From assembly GCA_963843575.1 (NCBI GenBank), contig CAWJKZ010000017.1, positions 96,001 through 160,000 on the forward strand: a DNA stretch of 64,000 bases. The letters run 5' to 3'. The notes under the pieces were generated by a model. It saw nothing but the letters and a program-made list of their open reading frames with translations. It was not told the DNA's origin and did not search any database. Source of the DNA: an uncultured Acidobacteriota bacterium. GTDB lineage: Bacteria > Acidobacteriota > UBA6911. The position numbers and the translations under genes were made by a program. Below are positions 52,794 through 62,015 of the stretch, in pieces; position 1 is the first letter of the stretch; each line of letters starts with the position of its first letter.

Positions 52794-54848
52794 TCAGAAC
52801 GGGACGTCCCGCCTGAAAACGCAGGTGCGAAAACCGCGATGGTCCACGACCTGGTAGACCGGAACGAAACCTGGAATACCCGAGTCGAACACCGGCTGCA
52901 GTTCGGCGTTGGCGAACCGGACGAAGCGTTCGTACATGATAATCCAGCGGGCACACCTCCCGGAGGCGAAGGCCGCGAGTTCCCGCGGGTCTTCGGTCCA
53001 GATCCGGGGAACGGTCCGGTGGTCGGCCAGGAACCCGGTCGTGGAGACATAGCCGTACCCGCAGCCGACCACCGTCTCGTCGGCCGGGATGTTGACCCGC
53101 ATCCATTGCGCCAGAGGCTCCTGGAAGTCGTAATTGCGCTCCACGTCCCACGCCCGCCAGCCGGCCAGACCCGCCGTCAGCAGGACCACTCCACCGCCGG
53201 CCAGCGCCAGCACCCTGCGCACGTCGTAGCCGGCCTGTACGTAGCTTGCGAACGCGGCCAGGCCCGCGGCGCCGAAAATCTGCAGCGGGACCAGCATAGG
53301 ATACATAAGCCGCGGTTCGACCTGCACGAGCGGGTTGAACACGAGTGGAAAGACCAGCATCAGGAGAAGCGGGCCTTCCCTGACTCCCGGCCTTCCCGCG
53401 AAGAATGGGAGCATCAAGGCGAACAGGGGGACGGGTGAGATCATGATGCCGGGCAGCCTCTCGAGGCTGTAGAGGAGGTTGCGCGGCAGGCGTTTTGCCA
53501 GCAGAACGACGTGTTCACCGACGGAGGACCCGGGGCGGGGCGGGCCGTACAGCAGGCCCCGTGCCCCGTACGTCTCGCGGGCCGCTTCCCTCATGTCGAG
53601 TTGCTCGGAAAATTGCTTCGCGAGGTTCGGGTTCTTCTGGAACAGGCCTGGAGTGCCTGCTGTAACCATCGACAAGAACACGTACCCGCCGATCACAACG
53701 GCGTAGCCGGCGGTGGCGCACAGGATCTCCCCGCCAGGGCCCGTGCGGGGCAGGGGGTCGGTGTGAGCGGCCGGCGTCGCGGGGATGGTGCGACGCCGCG
53801 CGGCCGCCACGAGGATGAGGGCAAGGCCGAAAACCAGCACTCCTTCGTTGCGGACACAGGTGAACGCACCAAAGGCAACTCCGGAAAACGCCGCCGGAAC
53901 CCGCCCCCCGCGCCGAACGACCCGGGTCAGGAAGGCGATCGCACTGGTGAAGGCCAGCGTGTAGAACGTTTCGGGATACCCGTTGCACGAGTACTCGACA
54001 AAGCGCGGATGGGCGACGCAGAGCGCGCCGGCAAGCCAGGCGACCGGGGAGCCGTACAGGGACCGGGCCAGCGCCACCACCGGCACGACGAGCAGCACCC
54101 CGGGGATGAACGACGCGAGAACGGCGGCAGGCACCGGGCCGGATCCCGCCTTCCGGAGCACGGCTTCCCACCAGGAGAAGAGGTTGGTCCAGAATCCGTC
54201 GGCTTGGGTAAAATCGCCCCGCGACAGCACGCCCGCAACCCATCCGTAGCTGGCCGCGTCGCCATAGACGGCGTGGGTCACCAGGAGGTAAGCCGCCCGG
54301 ACGAAGGCGGCGGCCAGCAACAGCACGAGCATCTGCGCGGCGGGAGACCCGGCCGAGGGGCGAGGAAACCGGAAAGACGTGCGAAAGCGCCTGACCGCGT
54401 CGGTCTCGAACACACCGAACCGGTACCCCAGGAACGAGACGCTGAAGGCAGCCGCCACGCCGGCGAGCTTGGACAGGTTGATCGTGACCAACGCGTTCAA
54501 GGTCAGCAGGTCGGGAAGGTACTTCATGAAGAACAGGAATGTGGAGGTGTTGACCGCCATCGACAGGAGCGCCACAACAAAGAACTTCGCGACCGCGCGG
54601 TCAGGCACCTCGCCCGTGGGATGACGAAAGGTCCAGCGACGGTTCAGGGCGTAGCTGTTGAGCGTCGCCAAGGCGCAGGCGGCCACCGAGATCAGCATCA
54701 GGGTGACCCCGCTCTGCGGGCGGATCAGCAGCACGAGGGCGTTCGTCACGGCTACGTCGACGAGCGTATTGGCTGCCCCTACCATCGAGAACCGCAGGAA
54801 TTGGGCACCAGTGCTCCGAAGTCGGGCGTAGCTCCCCGGGGCGGGCAT
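52794..54848 (-). CDS. GtrA-like flippase fused to an ArnT/PMT-like GT-C glycosyltransferase
   Basis: N-terminal QFLRFSMVG...NSYALNRRWTF (GtrA); then YGDAASY, PETFY, RNEG and EPRLMYP within a multi-TM domain. Confidence 0.75.
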   Translation of the reverse strand: MPAPGSYARLRSTGAQFLRFSMVGAANTLVDVAVTNALVLLIRPQSGVTLMLISVAACALATLNSYALNRRWTFRHPTGEVPDRAVAKFFVVALLSMAVNTSTFLFFMKYLPDLLTLNALVTINLSKLAGVAAAFSVSFLGYRFGVFETDAVRRFRTSFRFPRPSAGSPAAQMLVLLLAAAFVRAAYLLVTHAVYGDAASYGWVAGVLSRGDFTQADGFWTNLFSWWEAVLRKAGSGPVPAAVLASFIPGVLLVVPVVALARSLYGSPVAWLAGALCVAHPRFVEYSCNGYPETFYTLAFTSAIAFLTRVVRRGGRVPAAFSGVAFGAFTCVRNEGVLVFGLALILVAAARRRTIPATPAAHTDPLPRTGPGGEILCATAGYAVVIGGYVFLSMVTAGTPGLFQKNPNLAKQFSEQLDMREAARETYGARGLLYGPPRPGSSVGEHVVLLAKRLPRNLLYSLERLPGIMISPVPLFALMLPFFAGRPGVREGPLLLMLVFPLVFNPLVQVEPRLMYPMLVPLQIFGAAGLAAFASYVQAGYDVRRVLALAGGGVVLLTAGLAGWRAWDVERNYDFQEPLAQWMRVNIPADETVVGCGYGYVSTTGFLADHRTVPRIWTEDPRELAAFASGRCARWIIMYERFVRFANAELQPVFDSGIPGFVPVYQVVDHRGFRTCVFRRDVPF

Positions 54849-54959
54849 CAGGCGACCTCGCCGTTCCAAAAACCTGCGCTGTAAAACGAAACAAACATGT
54901 CTCTCCTGAAACCGGGCTTTCTCCCCGGCGAGCCCTGAGCACACGTTGCAGTGCGCCTA

Positions 54960-55199
54960 GGGTTCGCGCAAGAATAAGTTCACATTTTGGCGCGAGCGCC
55001 GGGCGGGCAGATGCAAGGCGCCGCGACGCAGGCGATGTGGGGACATCGTCGAGGAGCGGCAACGCCGCAGATGCCCGCCCGCCGCCGCGCCCCGGAGGGC
55101 TGACGGCTCCGTCAATAGCGATCTCCCATCTTTGGTTGCCGCATGATCTGTTGGCTCGGGAGCCGTCAGCAAAATGTGAAATTATTCTTGCGCGAGCCC
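54960..55199. mobile_element. MITE-B, 240 bp, 30-bp TIRs
   Basis: GGGTTCGCGCAAGAATAAGTTCACATTTTG ... CAAAATGTGAAATTATTCTTGCGCGAGCCC with 2 mismatches; flanks CTA/TTA; 108-bp core shared with MITE-A. Confidence 0.8.
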
Positions 55200-55323
55200 T
55201 TAGCTTAAGGGAATCGCCCCGGCGCGCCAAAGGAAATACGCCGCCCGGCACACCACTCGGGCGCAGTTTCGGGTTGCGTCGCGCCGAGGTCGTCTTTAAG
55301 CTCTGCGGGAAGGATCGGGACTG

Positions 55324-56088
55324 ATGAACCCATGGCATGCGGTGGTGATCTTCGGCGCGGCGTTCGCGGCGGGCATGATCAATTCGGTGGCGGGCGGTGG
55401 AACCCTGGTTTCGTTTCCGACGCTCGTCTGGCTCGGCCGTGATCCCGTCCTCGCCAACGCCACCAACTCCATCGCCCTATGGCCGGGGTCCTTCGCCAGC
55501 ATGGTCGGGTACCGCCGCGAATTGGCCGGCAGCCGCACGTGGATCCTGGCTTTTACCGCGCCCTCGGTGTTAGGAGGCGTGCTCGGCGCCGTCCTGCTGC
55601 TGAAAACACCCCCGGACGCTTTCCGGGTTATCGTGCCCTACCTGATCCTCGCCGCGACGATCCTCGTCGCGGCCCAGGAACAGGTTTCGAGGCGTTTCCT
55701 TCAGATGTCGTCCGCTGGCCCGACGCGCCGGTGGTGGACGGGGGCGATCATTTTTCAGTTTTTCGTCGGGATCTACGGCGGCTATTTCGGAGCCGGCATG
55801 GGCATCCTGATGCTGGCGGCCCTTGGGCTGCTCGGGTGCCGGGACATTCACCAGATGAACGGGATGAAGAATTTCTTCGCCACCTGCATCAACGGGATCG
55901 CAGCCGCGTATTTTGCCCTCTCGGGGGCCGTGCTGTGGATCGACGGGGCGGTGATGGCGCTCGGCGCCATCGCCGGGGGCTACGGCGGCGCCGGACTGGC
56001 ACGCCGGCTGGGCCGCACCTTTGTGCGGCGCGCCGTCATCGCGATCGGATTCGGCATGGCCGCCGCACTGTTTATCGTGCGCGGGTAG
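55324..56088 (+). CDS. TauE/SafE (TSUP) family permease
   Basis: AGMINSVAGGG, ANATN, YGGYFGAGMG, NGMKN. Confidence 0.9.
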   Translation: MNPWHAVVIFGAAFAAGMINSVAGGGTLVSFPTLVWLGRDPVLANATNSIALWPGSFASMVGYRRELAGSRTWILAFTAPSVLGGVLGAVLLLKTPPDAFRVIVPYLILAATILVAAQEQVSRRFLQMSSAGPTRRWWTGAIIFQFFVGIYGGYFGAGMGILMLAALGLLGCRDIHQMNGMKNFFATCINGIAAAYFALSGAVLWIDGAVMALGAIAGGYGGAGLARRLGRTFVRRAVIAIGFGMAAALFIVRG

Positions 56089-56114
56089 GACGTGAGCGCT
56101 GCGTCCGGGCTGAA

Positions 56115-56310
56115 GAGGCTGTCCAACGATTGTGGAGTGCGGCGGCTCGACGCCGCTTTGGTGGCGGCGCCTCGGCGCCACCAAAGGCCGAGGTCGCAGG
56201 GTCGCATCTCGCAATTCGGCGTGGCGCCGAGGCGCCGAGCATTCCTGCCGTAGGACGAGTGAAAGCGGCGCCGAGGCGCCGCACTTCACAATCAACCGTT
56301 GGACAGCTTC
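56115..56310. mobile_element. MITE-D, 196 bp, inserted in a REP loop with a TGAA duplication
   Basis: GTCCGGGC-TGAA|GAGGCTGTCCAACG ... CGTTGGACAGCTTC|TGAA-GCCCGGACCCA. Confidence 0.8.
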
Positions 56311-56417
56311 TGAAGCCCGGACCCAAATGGGGGGGGCGCTCGGCGTGCCGGCTGCCGTGCGGCCCCGTGCAAACGGTTGACACTCGGGACGAGAGGATCC
56401 ATCTTTCAACTGCCCTT

Positions 56418-57254
56418 ATGATCCTGAAAACGACGCTGTGCACCATGACCCTCGTGATCCTAGGCCAGGCTGCCCTGCTGAGGGGACAGGCCGCGGGACC
56501 CGAGGCGCCTCGACCCGACCTCAGCCGCATCCCGGTGCGGATCGCCGAGACCGACGCCCGCGCCAGACTCGAGCTGTGGGAAACCAGCCTCGGCCGGTTC
56601 TGGATCCCGGTGCCGGGCCGCGACGTGATGCCGCACCTGCAGTGGGAGCAGCTGGATCAGAAGGTCTATGCCCACCCGGATGCGCATGTCCAGGCAGGGG
56701 ACGTCGTGCTCGATTGCGGCGCCCACATCGGATTCTTCACCCGGGTTGCCCTGCGCGCCGGGGCCCGCCTGGTTGTGGCGGTCGAACCCGAGGCGGCGAA
56801 CATCGTGTCCTTCAAAAGGAATTTTGAGAAAGAGCTGCGCGCCGGCACCGTGAAGCTGGTCGCAAAAGGGGTGTGGAGCGGCGCCGGAAAGCTGCCGCTG
56901 AACCTCTCGGGGAGCAGCAACGATTCCCACACGCTGCTCGACGGCGCTCAGGGGCGGGGCAAGGAGACCATCGAGGTGGTCGACATCGACCGGTTGGCGG
57001 GCGATCTCGGGCTGCCCAGGATAGACTTCATCAAGATGGACATCGAGGGGGCGGAACTCCAGGCCCTGAAGGGGGCGCGCGCCGCCATTGGCCGGTGGCG
57101 GCCCCGGCTGGCGATTTCCGCTTACCACGTCAAAGGGGATCCGGCGAACATCGCGCGTGCCGTCTGGGAAATGCGTCCCGACTATAGGGTGGCCAGCAAG
57201 GACGTGACGCGCAGCGCAGCCGGCGTCGTCCCCAAAGTCCTGTTCTTTTATTGA
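56418..57254 (+). CDS. FkbM-family methyltransferase with N-terminal signal/anchor
   Basis: VLDCGAHIG, AVEP, FIKMDIEGAE, ISAYH. Confidence 0.88.
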   Translation: MILKTTLCTMTLVILGQAALLRGQAAGPEAPRPDLSRIPVRIAETDARARLELWETSLGRFWIPVPGRDVMPHLQWEQLDQKVYAHPDAHVQAGDVVLDCGAHIGFFTRVALRAGARLVVAVEPEAANIVSFKRNFEKELRAGTVKLVAKGVWSGAGKLPLNLSGSSNDSHTLLDGAQGRGKETIEVVDIDRLAGDLGLPRIDFIKMDIEGAELQALKGARAAIGRWRPRLAISAYHVKGDPANIARAVWEMRPDYRVASKDVTRSAAGVVPKVLFFY

Positions 57255-57303
57255 CCGCAGGATACCCAACGGTTTCCGCAAAAACAGGTGCGCCCGCGCT
57301 GAA

Positions 57304-57448
57304 AAGGCTGTCCAACGTGCGGCGCCTCGGCGCCACCGCGGCTCGAGGTTGCCCGGTCGGAGCTCGCAATCCCGCGTGGCGCCGAGGCGCCTGGTATTCC
57401 GGCCGTAGGACCTCGCGGAAAGCGGCGCCGAGGTGCCGCACTCCAGAC
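57304..57448. repeat. Truncated MITE-D copy
   Basis: TGAA|AAGGCTGTCCAACG followed by cargo homologous to 56165-56290. Confidence 0.7.
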
Positions 57449-57453
57449 ATGTT

Positions 57454-59172
57454 CTAGCGCACGCCGCTCGAGAGGCCCGCGTCGCGCCGTCGTATCCTGA
57501 GGATAGCCAGGACCATGTTCACGGCATCCTTCACCGGGTTTACCTTGGAGCCCTCGACGGCCGTCCATTCCACGGGGACCTCCGCGATCGCAAGGCCGTA
57601 CTTTTGCGCGAGAAACAGGACCTCGACGTCAAAGGCCCAGCCCTTTTCCCTGACGCGCGGGAAGAGCATCCGGGCGGCGCGGCGGCGAAACAGCTTGAAA
57701 CCGCATTGAGTATCGGTGACCCCGGGAACCGCTAGAAGGTTGGTCAGCCTGTAGAAGACCGCCCCCATGATTCCGCGGAGCACCGACCGTTCCACCCGGC
57801 CTCCCGCCTTGCGGGACGCGATGACGACGTCTACGCCGCCGCCGGCCACGGAGATGAGTTTGGCTGCTTCCCGGATCGGCGTGGCGCCGTCGGCGTCGGC
57901 GAACAGGACGTAACGGCCTCTGGCCTCGATCATGCCCCGGCACACGGCCGCGCCCTTGCCCTGGTTCGTGGGCTGGCGCACCAGGCGCACCACCGAGTGG
58001 TTCGCGGCGACGGACTCGACATAGGGGACGGTGCCGTCCCGGCTGCCGTCGTCGACCACCAGCACTTCCGTCCCCCCCTCCAGCGCTTCCCCGAACGCGA
58101 CCACGTCCGGCAGATACTGGGGCAGACGATGCTCTTCGTTGTAGGCAGGGATCACGATGGACAGTGCGGGGGCACCCGGGTCAACTTCCTCCTCCCAGCC
58201 CCCCGCAGGGCGGCGCGTGCGGGCCAGGGCCAGCGCCAGACCGGGGTCGAACAGGTCGAGCAGCGAGAGTTTGTAGCGCGGCAGATAGAACAGTGTGAGG
58301 AGAACAACCGGCAGGCCGCGCCAGAACCGATAGACCACCGGGACGAACAACCCCGGCAGGGGAAAGGCCGGGAGGACGGTCAATCCCAGGTACGCGCATT
58401 CGAGCACCCCGAGCGCCAGGGGCACAGGAGACAACTCGAACGCCGCGAGCGTGACAAGGTAGAGGAGCATGCCGGCCCAGAACGGACAGTTTGGCTGCAG
58501 GACTTGGCAGCCGGTGACAAAGGCAAGCCCCTCGCCGACGACCCCGAGGATGCCGAACGAAACCGCCGTGGCAAACCTCCACGAACTCACGCCGCCGTTC
58601 TTTTCTTCCCTGGCCGGCCACGCGACACTCGCACCGGCGGCGAGGAATAGCAGAAAGGCGGCAGGCCAGAGCCCCCCGCCGGCGGCGGCGATCGCCCCGA
58701 GGGTCAGCGGGATAGCAGGTGCCGAGATCGTCCGGATCCGGAACCAGGCGGTCATCAGCTCGGCCGATTCCCCCGTTTCGCGGCGGAGGAACTCGGCCTC
58801 GACCGAAGGATAGGGCAGCTGGGGGTGGAGCAGGATGGCGCCCTGAAAAACGACGTCGAACGACGCCGCTTCGTGCAGGCTCAGGTGCGGGCCGAAAAAG
58901 ATCATCCGGCGCGCGATGCGACCGGCAAATCCCAGGACGACGGCGACGAATATCCACGCTGCCAAGGTCGCAAATACCCCTGGCCCGGATGGGAAGTCCA
59001 GTCCGAGAAGCCCAAAGCCTACAGCCAGGGATAACCCGAGCCCGGCCAGCCCAAACACGACCGTGGTCCGGAGGCGCCGGCCCCGGGCGGCCACCTGGGG
59101 GACCGGCCACCCGTTCGCCGGCTGCAAGGATCCCTGAGCTCCGGTTTTCTTTTCCATAGTCGCGTCGTTCAC
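57454..59172 (-). CDS. Polyprenol-phosphate glycosyltransferase (GT2, DPG-synthase-like) with N-terminal multi-TM domain
   Basis: SIVIPAYNE, VDDGSRD, NQGKG, FADADGA, DTQCGFKLF, FDVE; N-terminal TM region containing SPVPLALGVLE. Confidence 0.85.
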   Translation of the reverse strand: MNDATMEKKTGAQGSLQPANGWPVPQVAARGRRLRTTVVFGLAGLGLSLAVGFGLLGLDFPSGPGVFATLAAWIFVAVVLGFAGRIARRMIFFGPHLSLHEAASFDVVFQGAILLHPQLPYPSVEAEFLRRETGESAELMTAWFRIRTISAPAIPLTLGAIAAAGGGLWPAAFLLFLAAGASVAWPAREEKNGGVSSWRFATAVSFGILGVVGEGLAFVTGCQVLQPNCPFWAGMLLYLVTLAAFELSPVPLALGVLECAYLGLTVLPAFPLPGLFVPVVYRFWRGLPVVLLTLFYLPRYKLSLLDLFDPGLALALARTRRPAGGWEEEVDPGAPALSIVIPAYNEEHRLPQYLPDVVAFGEALEGGTEVLVVDDGSRDGTVPYVESVAANHSVVRLVRQPTNQGKGAAVCRGMIEARGRYVLFADADGATPIREAAKLISVAGGGVDVVIASRKAGGRVERSVLRGIMGAVFYRLTNLLAVPGVTDTQCGFKLFRRRAARMLFPRVREKGWAFDVEVLFLAQKYGLAIAEVPVEWTAVEGSKVNPVKDAVNMVLAILRIRRRDAGLSSGVR

Positions 59173-59267
59173 CTATACCATTATCCTCGACTAACCCAAG
59201 GGACAGGCCTGGAAAATGGTCTTTCCCGGGCAAAACCCGATCTGGAAGAAGCGCTGAAAACCAGAAG

Positions 59268-60182
59268 ATGATCGATTATCGACTGAGACGCAAAGCAATT
59301 GAACACCGGTCGCTCCAAGCGTTGCTCACCTACGGCCGCATAAGGTTCTACCTCGAGGATTTCGAACCGCTCGGCCCGATCCTCAAGGCGCTGCTTTTTC
59401 TGACGGGCACTCTCGACCATGGTTTCCGCAATGCCCTGGACGTCCGGCTCCACACCATGGAGATGATCTTCGGCGACCTGCCCCCTGCCTTTTCCGGGTA
59501 CAAAATCCTGTTCCTTTCCGACCTCCACGTCGACGGCCTGGCGGGCATATCGGAAAAGGCTGCGGAGGTCGTAGGGGAGCTCGAGGCCGACCTTTGCGTT
59601 TTCGGCGGCGACTACCGCTTCGACGTCTTCGGCCCGTGCGACAAGGTCCTCCGTGGCATGGAAAAGGTTGTCCGCGCCGTAAAAGCGCGCGACGGTGTGA
59701 TCGGGATTCTCGGCAACCACGATTTCGCCGAGATCGGAAGCGGCCTCGAGCGGCTCGGGGTGCGGATGCTGCTCAACGAGGCGCTCGAACTGCGGCGGGG
59801 TGCCGACAGCATCTGGGTCGCCGGGGTGGACGACCCCCATTTCTACCGATGCGACGATCTTGCCGGCGCGTCGGCCGGCGTCCCAGCCGACGCCGCCTTC
59901 AAGATGCTCGTCGCCCACACGCCGGAACTCTACCGGGAAGCCGAGTCCCTGGGCTACCGCCTCTACCTGTCCGGCCACACTCACGGCGGCCAGATCTGCG
60001 CCCCGGGGGGGCTGCCGATTATCGTTCACTCGCGCTGCCCGCGGAAGTATGCGCGCGGGACATGGACCTTCGGCGGCATGAAAGGGTACACGACCTCGGG
60101 GGTCGGGGCTTCGCTTCTCCCGGTGCGCTTCAACTGTCGCCCGGAGGTCGTCCTCATCGAATTGCGCAGAGGCGGGAATTGA
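59268..60182 (+). CDS. Calcineurin-like metallophosphoesterase (YkuE/YaeI-like)
   Basis: SDLH, GGD, GNHD, AHTP, SGHTHGGQ. Confidence 0.9.
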   Translation: MIDYRLRRKAIEHRSLQALLTYGRIRFYLEDFEPLGPILKALLFLTGTLDHGFRNALDVRLHTMEMIFGDLPPAFSGYKILFLSDLHVDGLAGISEKAAEVVGELEADLCVFGGDYRFDVFGPCDKVLRGMEKVVRAVKARDGVIGILGNHDFAEIGSGLERLGVRMLLNEALELRRGADSIWVAGVDDPHFYRCDDLAGASAGVPADAAFKMLVAHTPELYREAESLGYRLYLSGHTHGGQICAPGGLPIIVHSRCPRKYARGTWTFGGMKGYTTSGVGASLLPVRFNCRPEVVLIELRRGGN

Positions 60183-60228
60183 GCGAGGCGGCCGCCGCCC
60201 TGGGCCTTCTCGGGGCTCCGGCAGGTCG

Positions 60229-61077
60229 CTAGATTATGGTCAGCGGCTCCTCACGAGCCGGAGGCGGGAAGGTCCGGTCGAGGCGTCCGATGTCTTCCGG
60301 GGCGAGCTCCCATCCGACCGACGCCGCATTTTCCCGCGCGTGCGCGGCGCTGGACCCCTTCGGGATTGCGAAACAGCCCGGGAGACGGGTAAGGAAATTG
60401 AGGGCGACCTGCCGGGGCGTCTTGCCCTGCCGGGCAGCGATTTCCGCAAGCACGCGACCCTGTTCCCCGCGGGAAGGGAACGAGCCGCTGCCGAAGGGAG
60501 AGTAACCAACGACCGCGATGCCCTGCTCACGGCAGTACGGGAGCAGTTTCAGCTCGATGCCGCGCGCCTTCAGATGATAGGCGACCTGGTTCGAAGCGAT
60601 CTTCTCGCGCGTGAGCGCCCGCTGCGCCTGGCGCAGTTCACTGACCTCGAAATTGCTCACTCCGATGAAACGCACCTTCCCGGACTGCACCAGGTCCTCG
60701 AGCGCGCGCATGGTCTCCTCGACCGGGTGCCGGGAGGGCCAGTGCAGCATGTAGAGATCGAGGTGATCGGCGCGGAGCCGCGTCAGGCTCCGTTCGCAGG
60801 CGGCGATCGTGCCGGCGTACGACGCGTTGGAGGGAAGGACCTTGCTGGCCAGAAAGACCTTCTCGCGCAGCCCGCGCAGCGCGGCACCCAGGAACTCCTC
60901 GGCCGCGCCGTCGCCGTACATCTCGGCGGTATCGACGTGCGTCATGCCGAGCTCGATCCCAAGGCGCAGCGCGCGCACCTCCTCGGCGGCCCGCTGCCGG
61001 CTTTCGCCCAGCCGCCACGTCCCCTGGCCTACGACGGGTATCAGTTCCCCCGTGCTGCCGAACTCGCGGACAATCAT
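60229..61077 (-). CDS. Aldo/keto reductase
   Basis: GQGTW, DTAEMYG, LYMLHWP, IGVSNF, AIPK. Confidence 0.92.
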   Translation of the reverse strand: MIVREFGSTGELIPVVGQGTWRLGESRQRAAEEVRALRLGIELGMTHVDTAEMYGDGAAEEFLGAALRGLREKVFLASKVLPSNASYAGTIAACERSLTRLRADHLDLYMLHWPSRHPVEETMRALEDLVQSGKVRFIGVSNFEVSELRQAQRALTREKIASNQVAYHLKARGIELKLLPYCREQGIAVVGYSPFGSGSFPSRGEQGRVLAEIAARQGKTPRQVALNFLTRLPGCFAIPKGSSAAHARENAASVGWELAPEDIGRLDRTFPPPAREEPLTII

Positions 61078-61301
61078 CTGCCCCTCTGAAAAGGATACGG
61101 ATTGGGAAACACGCGCGGGTCGGCCGTGTCCAGGCGGCACGATCCACGCACATTGTACCAGCAGCGGGCGGGCCCGGGCGCTTGCCGTACCCTCCACATG
61201 TTTCCTGGGTTTGGGGCAGGGACCATTTTGTGGTTTACAACCGATCCACCCCGCGCAGAAACTTGTATGGTCGCTTTTCAGGAGACGGCATGGAGGCGGA
61301 A

Positions 61302-61970
61302 ATGCGCAAGGGTTCCCTAATCTGCATCACCCTGCTCGCGGCGGCGATCGTCTTCGCCCAGCCCGGGGCCGGGGACTGGAAACAGCTTTTTAACGGAAAA
61401 GACCTGACGGGGTGGAAACACGTCGGCCCGGGGTCGATGTCGGTCGAGAACGGTCTGATCAAGACGTCAGGCGGCATGGGTCTGCTCTACTGGACGGGGG
61501 GGAAGATCGGCAACTGTGTCCTGAGGGTGGTCTACCGCATGCGCGACCGGAATTGCAATTCGGGTGTCTTTATCCGGATGCCGATCGAACCCCGCGAAGA
61601 GTGGATGCCGGTCCACTACGGGTACGAGGTTCAGATCGACAACGAGCCCGAGACGTCGAACGAGGATGAATACCACGTCACCGGCACCCTGTACTCGCTG
61701 ACTAAGCCCCTCGCCAAGCCCGGCAAGCCGGGGCCGCAGTGGAACACCATGGAGATCACGCTCGACGGGCCCCGAACCGTAGTTTCCGTCAACGGCGTGA
61801 AGGTCACGGACTATACAGAAGGGCAGCCGGTGCCCCCCAGGAAATTCGACTTCGAACCGCAGCGCGGATTGAGACCCAACGAAGGTTTCTTCGGCCTGCA
61901 GAACCACAGCGACAAGGACATCGTGTATTTCAGGGAAGTTGCGCTGCGCCCGCTGCCGAAGACCCGGTAG
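61302..61970 (+). CDS. DUF1080 (3-keto-disaccharide hydrolase family) protein
   Basis: LFNGKDLTGW, NSGVF, YEVQI, WNTMEI, GLQNH. Confidence 0.9.
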   Translation: MRKGSLICITLLAAAIVFAQPGAGDWKQLFNGKDLTGWKHVGPGSMSVENGLIKTSGGMGLLYWTGGKIGNCVLRVVYRMRDRNCNSGVFIRMPIEPREEWMPVHYGYEVQIDNEPETSNEDEYHVTGTLYSLTKPLAKPGKPGPQWNTMEITLDGPRTVVSVNGVKVTDYTEGQPVPPRKFDFEPQRGLRPNEGFFGLQNHSDKDIVYFREVALRPLPKTR

Positions 61971-62015
61971 AATCCCGGGAGAGCCGGCCGGCACTGTCCT
62001 GAACGGGGGAGACCA

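Noticed and set aside
55479-57254. 591-aa ORF extending FkbM upstream
   Set aside because: The extension runs off-frame through the TSUP gene and a MITE; the real start is near 56418.
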